Of a stretch of 64,000 bases of DNA, positions 26,711-36,309 are shown one piece after another; position 1 is the first letter of the stretch, and every line of letters starts with the position of its first letter. Origin of the DNA: a virus; IMG/VR virus record IMGVR_UViG_3300031991_000112; one strand, written 5' to 3'. The notes below the pieces were generated by a model. That model ran no database searches, was not told the DNA's origin, and worked only from the letters and a program-made list of their open reading frames with translations. The position numbers and the translations under genes were made by a program.

Positions 26711-27172
26711 TCAACAACCGTATAAATTGCCACAACCTGATGGTAGCACTTTATATTCAAAGCCTTCATAAACAGCTTCGAACGCACGGTCTGTTGGAGG
26801 TATCTTGTTGTCTTCTTGATAACGGACAGTCCAGCAATAAACCTTCTCGCCTTTCTTGAAAAATTCAGCGTAACCGAGATACTGGTCACCCAAAAAAGCC
26901 CTGCCGATTTTACAAACCATATTGAACGGCAAGAAGGGCGTCCGAACTGACGAAATTTGCAATGACTCAATCCCATATTCAGGATATTTCGCTTTGCTTA
27001 GAATTACTGAGATATCGTAGCCATCAAGAGTAATTTGTCTTTGTTTGAGAATCAGAATTTCTTGCTCTTCTTCAATACTAACAACCGGAAAGGTGTAAGG
27101 CACTAACGTCTCAGCCAGTGCTTGCATCTCTTTGACTTGTTTTTCTAATGGCGGTTGTTCGTAATATCTCAT
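26711..27172 (-). CDS. Hypothetical protein
   Basis: Start set at MRYYEQ after GAGAG. Confidence 0.6.
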   Translation of the reverse strand: MRYYEQPPLEKQVKEMQALAETLVPYTFPVVSIEEEQEILILKQRQITLDGYDISVILSKAKYPEYGIESLQISSVRTPFLPFNMVCKIGRAFLGDQYLGYAEFFKKGEKVYCWTVRYQEDNKIPPTDRAFEAVYEGFEYKVLPSGCGNLYGC

Positions 27173-27182
27173 ATCTCTCAGA

Positions 27183-28184
27183 TCACAGAAAAAACTCTTT
27201 TGAGTATAAGAGAGTATCTTGATCTTGATCTGTAACAGGTTCTTCGGCAACCACCATCTCACTTATTTCCTTGATTGCAGGCTCACGTAAAGCTGATTGC
27301 CAGAAACCAATACCACTTTGCGTGACATTGCGTCTGAGTTGTTTGAGGAACCAATGCTTGGTTTGTTTCAGACCCGGCGAGATAAGATTGTTGTCGTTGA
27401 ACTTGAGAAACTGAAACACTTCTTTTGGACTTAGCCAAAACAGACCCGTCCAAGGGTCTCCTTGACGAACACGTGGCGGCATTCCTCGTTCCAAACCACA
27501 CTCCACAAAATGCAGCAAAAGACGAATCCAGTTCTTTACAAAAATGGGATTCAAACAGAACTCATTGCCAGCGATTCGGAACTCGGCAGACTTTCTTCTT
27601 TTCTGTCTCATGTGGTAAACATTTGCCGAGTGGTATTTCACATCAGACAGAGCATCAATGATATAGTCTGCCGGGTAATTGGCTATGTGTGACTCAAAAC
27701 GGTCACACATTCCAATCAACTGTGCGTGGCGATGGCATTTTCTCTGTAAGGGTACAGAATCGAAAAAGACCGCCTCACATTTGATCCACCACGCCAGAAC
27801 CGCTCCAATCTGTTGCTCGTCAAGGTCTTCTAGGTTGACGTGAACATGAAAGGAACAACGCTCATCTGCTCGGATTTCTGGGTGTTTCGCCAGATTTTCT
27901 ACCACTTTACAAAGTTTGGCTAGATCAAAACCGCCTTTCAAAATTGGCGAGTTAATCTCGATTCCACAAGTCGAGTCTGGCTTAATGATCCAAGAATCAT
28001 TGTTGTTGACGTGTAACCAACCATTCAAGGCGATGTAATCGTTACAAACTTTGCGAATGATCTCTGCAACTACTTCAGACCCGTCAGGGACATGTTTTTT
28101 GTCCTTGATGATGTTTGTCGTGGTGTTGAGTTCGATCTCGACGCCAAATCTTCGATAGAATTCGCATGTATTGAGCTTGCCCAT
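27183..28184 (-). CDS. Putative amidoligase (COOH-NH2 ligase type 2)
   Basis: FGVEIE, WIIKPDSTCGIEINSPIL, CSFHVHV, EFR motifs. Confidence 0.8.
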   Translation of the reverse strand: MGKLNTCEFYRRFGVEIELNTTTNIIKDKKHVPDGSEVVAEIIRKVCNDYIALNGWLHVNNNDSWIIKPDSTCGIEINSPILKGGFDLAKLCKVVENLAKHPEIRADERCSFHVHVNLEDLDEQQIGAVLAWWIKCEAVFFDSVPLQRKCHRHAQLIGMCDRFESHIANYPADYIIDALSDVKYHSANVYHMRQKRRKSAEFRIAGNEFCLNPIFVKNWIRLLLHFVECGLERGMPPRVRQGDPWTGLFWLSPKEVFQFLKFNDNNLISPGLKQTKHWFLKQLRRNVTQSGIGFWQSALREPAIKEISEMVVAEEPVTDQDQDTLLYSKEFFL

Positions 28185-28237
28185 AGTAGTCCCATTATAG
28201 TATGATGTAGCTCACTCAGTCAACCACGGAGGTTAAG

Positions 28238-28717
28238 ATGACTCAGAAAATCATGATCCAAACCAAGAGCAAGACGTTCTTCGTACACAAGAAGAACCTC
28301 CCTATGCTTATTGAATTCGCCAAAACTTTCAAGGCTAAACTCGCCATTGTGGAAGTTTCCGGCACCGAAATTACAGAACTAGAAGACTTGGCGACAAAGT
28401 TTTGTGACCAAAACTTTAAGACACCGACGACCGACTATAAGGAACTCGAAGTCTTATACCCCGACCCGGCTACAAACATCGCCAAGACACGTGCTCAAAT
28501 TCTTGCCGATGCCAAACAAATCAAAAAGTTCATCAAAGAACGATTCTGCAAGAAGGGACGTGTTTCACTCAAAGACCTGAAAAGTCAGTTTGAAGCACTA
28601 TGCGTAACAGATTCTTGTCTGTCGAATCATCTCGCCAGCGTTCGTAAAGAACTTGCGAAAGAAGAAGGTGCTTCATTCAACACATTGGCTAAGGGAACTT
28701 ACGAACTCGTAAAGTAA
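28238..28717 (+). CDS. Hypothetical protein, possible C-terminal winged helix
   Basis: GGAGG RBS; ends in a terminator. Confidence 0.65.
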   Translation: MTQKIMIQTKSKTFFVHKKNLPMLIEFAKTFKAKLAIVEVSGTEITELEDLATKFCDQNFKTPTTDYKELEVLYPDPATNIAKTRAQILADAKQIKKFIKERFCKKGRVSLKDLKSQFEALCVTDSCLSNHLASVRKELAKEEGASFNTLAKGTYELVK

Positions 28718-28724
28718 GTCTCTT

Positions 28725-28766
28725 ACAAATAAAAAGGGCAGTCGAAAGACTGCCCTTTTTATTTGT
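28725..28766. terminator. Bidirectional intrinsic terminator
   Basis: Perfect 19-bp inverted repeat ACAAATAAAAAGGGCAGTC-gaaa-GACTGCCCTTTTTATTTGT between convergent genes. Confidence 0.9.
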
Positions 28767-28777
28767 CCTAACAACGA

Positions 28778-30028
28778 TTACTCGTCATCGTTGGTTTCTT
28801 CTTCGTCTTCAACTTCAATATCCAACGGATTTCCGTCAGCATCGAAGACGACCTTCTTCTCAGAGAAGAGTCCGCTGTCCGTGTAGTTGATGGCAGCTTG
28901 GAATGGCAACAGGTATTCAGAAACCTGCTCAGCAGTCGTAGCACCAATCAAGGCTGGACACTCAAGCAACACTGCCGGTGGAACGTCATTACGTTCGAGG
29001 CTGCTCTTGAACTTGTACTCGTCTCTGCCTTCTGGCAAGTATTCAGAAGCAACGGTGTAGTTGCCCTTACCGGTCACACGTCCATCTTCGATGATGGCGG
29101 TCAACAATCCAGTAATTGGATTGATACCAGTCTCGAAGTAGAGCTTAATGCCTTCGTGCTTCACAAACGGACGGAAGGCACGATTCTTGATGTTCTTGAC
29201 TTCCATGTTCACACCAGAGAAGGTCTTGAGCTTCTTGTGCTCAATCTTCTTCTTCTGTTGTGTGCGTAGTCGGCAAGACGCATAGAATGGCAGCGAGTTT
29301 CCACCACCAGCGGTGGTTTCAGGTGAACCATAAAGAACACCGATCTTATCACGAGTTTGGTTGATGATGACAACTGTCACATCTTCCTTCTCAAGCATCG
29401 GTTGTAAGAGACGCAAACCTTTACCACAGACCTTGGCACGTTCGCCCGGTTGCTCTTTGGCACCGACGATTGTCTTCCAATCGGTTGGCTTGTAGTTCTC
29501 TGGCAAGTTCGTTTCACGGAACTCTCGTTCACAAGGCGAAACCGAGATCGAGTCGTAAACGACAACGATTGGCTTTCGTTCTTGCTTCAAAGCAATTTCA
29601 CGTGCTCGAATTTTCTTGACCGCATTGTGAATCTTGTTGAAAGCTTCTTCAAGAGTGAACGGCGTGTAACGCAATACACGCTTGGTGTTCAAGTGGGAAG
29701 CCTTCTCCATCCACTCAGCATTGGTTGCATTTTCGCAGTCAAGAATGATTGGCCAACCGCCAATCTTCTGGCAACCGAACAGAATGTTCGATGCGAGCAA
29801 AGACTTACCGGACGCTGAAGGTCCATAGATTTCGGTAATACGTTGACCGGGGATACCACCGTCAATGAACTTGCCGGAACAAATATAGTTCACTGCAAGG
29901 TTGCCTGTATCCACGAAGAACTTACAGTTCTCCAACTCGCCCAAGATATCGCCACCAGTTTCTTCTGCGACCGACTTAAAGAGATCGTCGCACATCTCAT
30001 CTTCACTTACAACTTTTTTCTTAGCCAT
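28778..30028 (-). CDS. recA: RecA/UvsX recombinase
   Basis: GIPGQRITEIYGPSASGKS, LDCENA, VYDS, INQTRDKIG..YGSPETTAGG..LPFYASCRL; start at MAKKK with GGAGA RBS. Confidence 0.92.
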   Translation of the reverse strand: MAKKKVVSEDEMCDDLFKSVAEETGGDILGELENCKFFVDTGNLAVNYICSGKFIDGGIPGQRITEIYGPSASGKSLLASNILFGCQKIGGWPIILDCENATNAEWMEKASHLNTKRVLRYTPFTLEEAFNKIHNAVKKIRAREIALKQERKPIVVVYDSISVSPCEREFRETNLPENYKPTDWKTIVGAKEQPGERAKVCGKGLRLLQPMLEKEDVTVVIINQTRDKIGVLYGSPETTAGGGNSLPFYASCRLRTQQKKKIEHKKLKTFSGVNMEVKNIKNRAFRPFVKHEGIKLYFETGINPITGLLTAIIEDGRVTGKGNYTVASEYLPEGRDEYKFKSSLERNDVPPAVLLECPALIGATTAEQVSEYLLPFQAAINYTDSGLFSEKKVVFDADGNPLDIEVEDEEETNDDE

Positions 30029-30216
30029 TGAAAGTTCTCCCATTTTTGTAATTCGTTTATATAGCCAATAGTTCATATTGCTCCAATCAGTCTATGTTCT
30101 TTTTCTTTTACGACTGTTGAAGAAATCGTCGCTCATCCCCTGTTCGTTTAGAGAAAGAGCCAGAACCAGTCTAGCTGATTCTGGCTCTCCTCAAATTCCG
30201 TTCTCAGAAAACCAGA

Positions 30217-31203
30217 TTAGCTGGCTTCCTTTTCCATTTCTTGCATCTGGCGAATGAAGTCTTCGTCTTCAACCGCAACTTCTTCTTCGACAGCCACTTC
30301 AGGAGTGGTTTCGACCGATGCCGATGCCTTGCCGACTACGCTTGCAACAGCGTCTTCGTCAGAGGCAGCAGAAGCCTTTCCACCGAACTTGGCGTCGAAA
30401 TCTGCCACGTTGAAGCCTTCACGATCATCTTCGATCAGACCACGGTGAATGGCGAGTTCCTTCTCAAGCTCTTCGAGCGGCACAACACGGTGCAACTCTT
30501 CGAGATCGTGCATACCAGCGACCCATTTTTGTACTTCTTCGGGAGTACCGAGAGGAGAAGGGTCACGGGCGAAGCTGGAACGGTCGTAGTTCGGGTAAGC
30601 TTCGTTACCAGTTCCACGCATTTCCACCTTGATGTGGAAATCGTATCCAGCCTGCGGATCAGTGATGTCACCGAGTGCTTCTTCAACGTCGTCACCGACG
30701 ATAGCACGAACGATCATCTTGTGAAGCGTCTTGCCAACACTCAGGATGCGAGGACCAACGTTGTTGAGGGTGTTGCCCTCACCGTCAGTCATCTTGCGAA
30801 CGATAGCGTTGTAGTAGTATCGTTCAATCGGCTTGATCGAACGAGCTTCAGCCTTGCAGCGTTCAGCCTCATCCTTGCGACCAAACTGTTCAGCCTTGTC
30901 AGCATCTCGCCACAGCGAGTTGTAGAAATCAACGATTGGGTTGGGCGTCTTGTCCCACTTGCCGTTGACGAGCCGCTTGGGATCATGCACCTTGCGACCG
31001 TTGATGTTGTGGATGCGTGTGTACGAATACAGACGCTTGCCCTTCAACGGTGGTAGGATGCGGACAGTAATCACGCCAGTCTGCCCCGGCTTGGGCTTAG
31101 GCATGGGGACGAATTTGTCCAAGAAAGACGACTGCTGGTCAGTATTGACCCGCTGATCTTCCTGTTGCATTTCGTCAAGATTCAACTTCCCGAATTCAGA
31201 CAT
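30217..31203 (-). CDS. Single-stranded DNA-binding protein, T4 gp32-like
   Basis: VRILPP, RYYYNAIV, ILSVGKTL, ITDPQAGYDF, YPNYDRSSF and acidic C-tail; upstream of recA. Confidence 0.8.
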   Translation of the reverse strand: MSEFGKLNLDEMQQEDQRVNTDQQSSFLDKFVPMPKPKPGQTGVITVRILPPLKGKRLYSYTRIHNINGRKVHDPKRLVNGKWDKTPNPIVDFYNSLWRDADKAEQFGRKDEAERCKAEARSIKPIERYYYNAIVRKMTDGEGNTLNNVGPRILSVGKTLHKMIVRAIVGDDVEEALGDITDPQAGYDFHIKVEMRGTGNEAYPNYDRSSFARDPSPLGTPEEVQKWVAGMHDLEELHRVVPLEELEKELAIHRGLIEDDREGFNVADFDAKFGGKASAASDEDAVASVVGKASASVETTPEVAVEEEVAVEDEDFIRQMQEMEKEAS

Positions 31204-31297
31204 TGTAGTTCTCCGTTTTCAAAGTGGTTAAGTTGTTCGTCTTTGTTTGTCATTGTCGAACGTTTGTTTGTCGGACATCTCCCGAACAACGAGGGAT

Positions 31298-31326
31298 GTT
31301 ATACAAGGTATCGAAAGTCGGGTCAA
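31298..31326 (-). promoter_or_regulatory. Sigma70-like promoter for ssb-recA
   Basis: TTGACC-N17-TATAAC on the minus strand. Confidence 0.6.
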
Positions 31327-31355
31327 GATTCTTTAATGCCGAAACTGAAATTACG

Positions 31356-31384
31356 AAAAAAGCCCCGGCTCATCACCGGGGCTT
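31356..31384 (-). terminator. Intrinsic terminator
   Basis: AAGCCCCGG/CCGGGGCTT stem with T-tract on the minus strand. Confidence 0.75.
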
Positions 31385-31409
31385 GGTTCTTAAACTTTTG
31401 GACCCAATC

Positions 31410-31958
31410 TTACGCATTCGCTTTGAATGTGCATTCCGCACTTCCGCCAACACCCTCAATCTGGTCTATACACCCTTCACCGAACTCTTCTTGAGCTTGT
31501 TCTGCAAGATGCTTCATCTTCTCTTCCATAGACTTGAATCCCTGTTCTTCAAGCTCTTTGTTGATCTGGCTGCGATGCTCTGATTGTTCGACATACTCAG
31601 CTTCAAGTTCTTCAAGAACAGCAATGTTCTTCAAGACCTGTTGCTGTTGTTCCGGTGTAAGTTGAGTTTTCACCTTTTCGTAAGAAGCCTTTGCGACATT
31701 GATCTTTTCAGCAAGAGCCTTCGCTTTTGGAGATAAAGACGCAGTTCCATTTGCTAGAGCCTGTTGTTCTCGAATTTCTCTTAGCATGGCGTTATTCGCA
31801 CGGTTTTCGGCTTTCTCTTCCGCACGTGCCTTTAGCTGTGCCTCTTTCTCAATCTTACGTTGCTGTTGTGCAAGAGTTTTGCGTCTCAAAAGATTCTTTC
31901 GAGTTTGCTCTTCACGAGCCTTACGCTTCTTCAACTTCTTCTGTTCTTTGCTGGTCAT
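31410..31958 (-). CDS. Charged coiled-coil hypothetical protein
   Basis: K/E/Q-rich helical composition; TAATG coupling. Confidence 0.65.
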   Translation of the reverse strand: MTSKEQKKLKKRKAREEQTRKNLLRRKTLAQQQRKIEKEAQLKARAEEKAENRANNAMLREIREQQALANGTASLSPKAKALAEKINVAKASYEKVKTQLTPEQQQQVLKNIAVLEELEAEYVEQSEHRSQINKELEEQGFKSMEEKMKHLAEQAQEEFGEGCIDQIEGVGGSAECTFKANA

Positions 31959-32818
31959 TATACCCTCGTTGGTTTTGGTGGAACGTAGTCTGGTCGGATG
32001 TTGTGCATGGGGATTTCCATAACAGCATCTTCTTCACCTTCAACAGGAATGTGTGCAAACTCTTCAGGAATCTGCGAACGATCCACTTTGACGGCTCTTC
32101 GTTGTGGCACTCCACTGGAACTGTTTTGATATAAGAGTCGAGGTTGTTCTTCTTGTCGAAAGTCTCGATTGAATTGCTCGCCTCCCACCAAGCCTTGTGG
32201 TGCAATAATGAAATACTTCTCGTCTACTTCTGCAATTTCACCTGCATCATTGGTGATGGCATAAACGCTACCGAACTGTCCACCCAAGGGATTGTTACGT
32301 TGACGGTGGACATTGTATTTCTTCTCTGCCGTAAGCTTGTACTTCTTGGCAATGGCTACATCTTGTGGCTCAGGTCGGAAGATGATTTTGAACAGAGTTC
32401 TACGTTTTTGATCCGGTGTGAGTTCGATATTATCTTCAAAATTCACATCGCCAAGTTGAGGGTTCTGAATATGTCTTACAGCGGCGGCGACCACCGGACC
32501 ACCATTGTCTTCGACATACTCTTCAACCTGAACACCCTCGGTGTCCTCGATGGTGAATTTCTTACCTTTAAGTAAGATTCCAAAACCATCTTTGGACTCC
32601 TTGAAGGAAACTTTGCGTTTCACAAGTTCTTCGAGTTCAACATCTACAACCCAGATGTCTCGACGAGCCAGTTGTGCAAGAATTGCTTTGGCTGCACTAG
32701 AAAGGGGCGTGTCGTCAAAAGCTTTGCCGACTTTACGCTTCAGTTCCTTTCTTTGTTCGGTGTTGTAACCACCTTCGGGGTTACGTTCATGATAATGATA
32801 TGTAATCTCAAATCCCAT
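31958..32818 (-). CDS. Hypothetical protein
   Basis: 286-aa ORF with GAGGT RBS. Confidence 0.7.
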   Translation of the reverse strand: MGFEITYHYHERNPEGGYNTEQRKELKRKVGKAFDDTPLSSAAKAILAQLARRDIWVVDVELEELVKRKVSFKESKDGFGILLKGKKFTIEDTEGVQVEEYVEDNGGPVVAAAVRHIQNPQLGDVNFEDNIELTPDQKRRTLFKIIFRPEPQDVAIAKKYKLTAEKKYNVHRQRNNPLGGQFGSVYAITNDAGEIAEVDEKYFIIAPQGLVGGEQFNRDFRQEEQPRLLYQNSSSGVPQRRAVKVDRSQIPEEFAHIPVEGEEDAVMEIPMHNIRPDYVPPKPTRV

Positions 32819-32821
32819 TTG

Positions 32822-33433
32822 TTACCTCTTTGCTACTATCCCTAGAGTATATCGAGTCTGGTAAACGTCCGGTTCTCTACTGATGGACTTACACCAGTCT
32901 TGGAAAATTTCCATTCGACTCGGTTCTTGAAGGTGGTCTACAACTATTAACGCTTCAGAGGTTAGATTTCTCCAAACCTTGTCCAAGTAACGTCTCAAAA
33001 ACTTTTCCTCAACGTTTTGTGTAATCAGCCCGATATCCCATAAATCCGTTGAAACTAGCTCTTCAAACCTTGGAGTATCTCCAACATCAACCTTAATACT
33101 TCCGTTGTAATACTCTTTTAGAGTGGCTGTTCCGAGACGTGTTGAGTAGTAGTAGTCGCCAGTTGTAATTTGGAATCCGACATACTTTTCAACAGTCGAA
33201 CAACCTTGTGTAAAAGAAGCCACTACAAGCCCAAGCCCGAACCCAAGCTCAAGTACCTTTTTGGACTGAAGCTGAGTTCCCAGATGATAGTAGAACGGCA
33301 AATACTTCGGATCGTTCATGGTTGGAGTATCCCAATCACGAACCTCCATCAGTCTTGCTCGTGCAAGAAGAACCCTAGTAAAGACTCTACCATTGTGCAA
33401 TTTGTCGGTTAAATACTCTTTCATGTAATACAT
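32822..33433 (-). CDS. Class I SAM-dependent methyltransferase-like protein
   Basis: VLELGFGLG glycine motif and LIVVDH; start uncertain. Confidence 0.55.
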   Translation of the reverse strand: MYYMKEYLTDKLHNGRVFTRVLLARARLMEVRDWDTPTMNDPKYLPFYYHLGTQLQSKKVLELGFGLGLVVASFTQGCSTVEKYVGFQITTGDYYYSTRLGTATLKEYYNGSIKVDVGDTPRFEELVSTDLWDIGLITQNVEEKFLRRYLDKVWRNLTSEALIVVDHLQEPSRMEIFQDWCKSISREPDVYQTRYTLGIVAKR

Positions 33434-33452
33434 GAGTATAAGGTAAAAGAAA

Positions 33453-34445
33453 ATGAACGAGAGACTTGTAGCACTTTTGGCGGCGTTGTTCACGGTTCTT
33501 TTGATCGTGTTGGTTTTTGCTTCTAAACCCAAACAACATCAGCCACAAGATCAACCGCCGCCCATCGTTTCGCCTGATGTTCAACCAAACAACCCAGAGC
33601 CAACTGAGCCGCCAAAACCAGAAGAACCTTCAACACCAGAACCTAAATTCGAAAAGCACCCAGCCCAAAGGAACATTACAAATCTTGGAAAGGTACTTTC
33701 GGATATCGAGAGTCACATGCCTGCCGGTCACATCTATCAAGACAGTGATAAAATCACTTGGGGGCATGAAACAACTCACGGTATCAACTCCAATTTGAGA
33801 ATGGAGTTTAGCCGAAGAACCACCGCATACGACAACAATCCAAACAGGATGATTCGTGGTCAGATCGAAAACACAGAACTATTGGGTGAAATGATTGAAG
33901 ACATACATGGACACCCGGTTTTCAAATCCTATGCTCGTATCAATGGATTTTATGTTCTGGAAGATCGTGCGGTTATTATTGACGAACCCAACACAACCAT
34001 TACCGCAGCGGCAAACTTGGTTCCAAAGTCACTCAGAGGCGGTGTTTACAATCTCTACATGGTTCAACAGGCAAGTTCTTGGAACGACACCCCACTTTAT
34101 GTGTTTGATGAGTGGACGGCTTACGGTAATGGGGCTGCTGTTCGATTAGACTTAGGAATCAAAGAAAGAGCCGAAACAGTAACATTCATGTTGGAGTTCA
34201 ACGTCTATGCTATTTGCGTTGGTCAAGCCAGCAAAACAACCGACGAACAGTTCAAAAATTATCTAAAATGGAACATCGCTCGGTCCATGAAATTGTATGC
34301 AGATTCAAAAGAAAAACTCGGCAACGCTGAGTCCCATGATTCCTATTTAGAAACCATGAGAACTGCAACAGATGCCGAGTCATTCCGAGCATTCGCCAGA
34401 AGTTATTTAGGTGCGGACTGGACGAAGCACATTATGGGATTCTAA
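33453..34445 (+). CDS. Membrane-anchored putative zinc metallopeptidase
   Basis: N-terminal TM, Pro-rich linker, HETTH (HExxH) and downstream DEWTAY. Confidence 0.55.
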   Translation: MNERLVALLAALFTVLLIVLVFASKPKQHQPQDQPPPIVSPDVQPNNPEPTEPPKPEEPSTPEPKFEKHPAQRNITNLGKVLSDIESHMPAGHIYQDSDKITWGHETTHGINSNLRMEFSRRTTAYDNNPNRMIRGQIENTELLGEMIEDIHGHPVFKSYARINGFYVLEDRAVIIDEPNTTITAAANLVPKSLRGGVYNLYMVQQASSWNDTPLYVFDEWTAYGNGAAVRLDLGIKERAETVTFMLEFNVYAICVGQASKTTDEQFKNYLKWNIARSMKLYADSKEKLGNAESHDSYLETMRTATDAESFRAFARSYLGADWTKHIMGF

Positions 34446-34897
34446 GAAAAGAAACCCATGTTTACTGCTTCATTCATGATGAGACGGTAAACAAATCTGT
34501 TTGGGGCATACTTTTGGAAAAAGTACATATCGTCCCCAAGAAAGACCTTTGACAATGCTGCTGCAATGCCCGGTGAACGAGACCAACCCGCCTCGCAGTG
34601 TACCAGCAATAGGTCTACTTTTCCTTGAACTTCCAAGTAGAAGTCCAAAATTTGTTTCGCCATCTCGTTGTTGAAGAACGGGGTTCCTCGTTCATCGGTC
34701 ATTTGACCTTCGTAAGCTTTTTGAAGCTCTTGCATGGTCATATCCAAATCAGCAAAGTTCATCTGTAAAAGATGAGATGGCTGTTGGAACACAAACTCTG
34801 GCCAATCTCCGTGTTTTGTGACGACACTGATGCAAGCCCAAGGCTCAGATGGTTTGTAGATCGAAGCCATTGCTTTCGACCGAACTTCGATGATCAT
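34442..34897 (-). CDS. Protein-tyrosine/dual-specificity phosphatase-like protein
   Basis: VHCEAGWSRS (CX5R) motif; AAGGA RBS before MIIEV. Confidence 0.8.
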   Translation of the reverse strand: MIIEVRSKAMASIYKPSEPWACISVVTKHGDWPEFVFQQPSHLLQMNFADLDMTMQELQKAYEGQMTDERGTPFFNNEMAKQILDFYLEVQGKVDLLLVHCEAGWSRSPGIAAALSKVFLGDDMYFFQKYAPNRFVYRLIMNEAVNMGFFS

Positions 34898-34955
34898 TGT
34901 CGTCCTTTCACAAAGAGGTAGAATTTTACACGGCTGATTGTACGAACTTTGTGAC

Positions 34956-34996
34956 AAAAAGAAAGGGAACCACTTTGACTACGCAGAGTGGTTCCC
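34956..34996 (-). terminator. Intrinsic terminator closing the candidate ncRNA
   Basis: GGGAACCACT/AGTGGTTCCC stem followed by TTTCTTTTT on the minus strand. Confidence 0.75.
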
Positions 34997-35145
34997 CCGT
35001 GCTTTCACACTGTCGTTTGGACCCGTCTAATCCATCACTCACGAAGAATGATCTGAATCCTGTACTGACCGGTGTCCGCCACTGTTCTCGATAAAGCATC
35101 CGTACAGACAGCCTTAACGTTCTGCTCAGTGGTAGAAGACGGACA
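34997..35145 (-). ncRNA. Candidate structured (pseudoknotted) ncRNA or leader
   Basis: No ORF on this strand beyond MSVFYH; several complementary segments; TAGATA upstream and terminator downstream. Confidence 0.45.
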
Positions 35146-35161
35146 TTCTATCTACGGTTCA

Positions 35162-35935
35162 TTACAGATAACTTATAGCCAGTTCTCGATAGCGATCTAA
35201 ATAATCGAACCGCTTCAAGTATTCTCTTTGCGTCAAATACGCAAAATGGATTACTACCGAATCCCCACAAACAAAGTTTTTCTTGCCATACAAAGCCGGT
35301 CCTATCTCCGATATCCAGTGTTCTTCGTTCGGTGCAACAACTCCACCAAACTTTGCGAACTCAGAACCGAACCAACAAAACGAGTTGATATTAAACCCCT
35401 CGATTGTAGCAAAAGAAAACCCTTTCAGATTGTCCCAATCTTTCAAGGACAAACAGTATTCATGTAGTTTCGCCACATGCTCTAGGTCTTTGTAATAATC
35501 GTTGGTCTGTAGAACTGCCCGAATTGGACTGTAAGACAACATGTTCATTTTGTTGTTGACGATATGTGGGTAAACAACAAAATAATCAGGGTGTTTGATC
35601 CTAGCACGTAACAAATTTTGTACTGCATCTGGGGCGATGAAACAAATGTCGTCGTCAAACCGAATATAGATCGTGTCTTCTTCAATACAAGCTGGGAAGA
35701 AGGTATAAATCGTGCCCATCGCTTTTGGGGTGGTACAGCACTCAATGAACTTGAAGAAAGGGTTGCTTGCACAAACCGACTTCATGTAGTTAATATCAGA
35801 CTCGACGGTCGTGTTGACCCAAAAATGATGTTCATCAATGATGTGACTATTTCTCAACAAGTATTGGTTGAGAATTTCCAGATGTTCCTTGCGTCCAGCA
35901 GGAGTGACAGAAACTACTCGGTAACCTTCAAACAT
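35162..35935 (-). CDS. Glycosyltransferase (GT-A fold)
   Basis: VVSVTPAGR N-terminus and YIRFDDDICF DxD motif; TAATG coupling. Confidence 0.7.
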   Translation of the reverse strand: MFEGYRVVSVTPAGRKEHLEILNQYLLRNSHIIDEHHFWVNTTVESDINYMKSVCASNPFFKFIECCTTPKAMGTIYTFFPACIEEDTIYIRFDDDICFIAPDAVQNLLRARIKHPDYFVVYPHIVNNKMNMLSYSPIRAVLQTNDYYKDLEHVAKLHEYCLSLKDWDNLKGFSFATIEGFNINSFCWFGSEFAKFGGVVAPNEEHWISEIGPALYGKKNFVCGDSVVIHFAYLTQREYLKRFDYLDRYRELAISYL

Positions 35936-36309
35936 TACAAAATGAAACTCGATTTGATGGTTCCGATCAAATAAGATGTCACAGAGAAGAACATCTTTTG
36001 ACTTTGCCAAGGACGATGGAGATTGATGTACTTCATCATTGGCAGAACCCAACATTCACGCAAAGTTGCATTCTTGTATATCCTCAGTTCGCCTTGATGA
36101 TCAGAAATGATGCCGGGAGTGAGCATGGTTCTGATAGCAGATTCGATGTTCGAATCGTAATTGCATTTCATGATGAGAACTTGTTGGTTTTGGTCAAAGA
36201 CCACGTTATCCAAATAGAACTCATTGAACACAATCTTGTTTGTAGAACCCCTCGTGACTTCGATTGAATAGTCAAGGGATCGTTTCCGTTTATTCAACCA
36301 ATAGTTCAT
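35935..36309 (-). CDS. Hypothetical protein
   Basis: Coupled to neighbours. Confidence 0.6.
   Translation of the reverse strand: MNYWLNKRKRSLDYSIEVTRGSTNKIVFNEFYLDNVVFDQNQQVLIMKCNYDSNIESAIRTMLTPGIISDHQGELRIYKNATLRECWVLPMMKYINLHRPWQSQKMFFSVTSYLIGTIKSSFIL

Noticed and set aside
30156-30188. Hairpin between ssb and recA as a terminator
   Set aside because: The stem is present but there is no clear U-tract; it may be a processing or stability element, so it was not called.
30241-31056. 271-aa antisense ORF
   Set aside because: Shadow of the gp32-like SSB gene.
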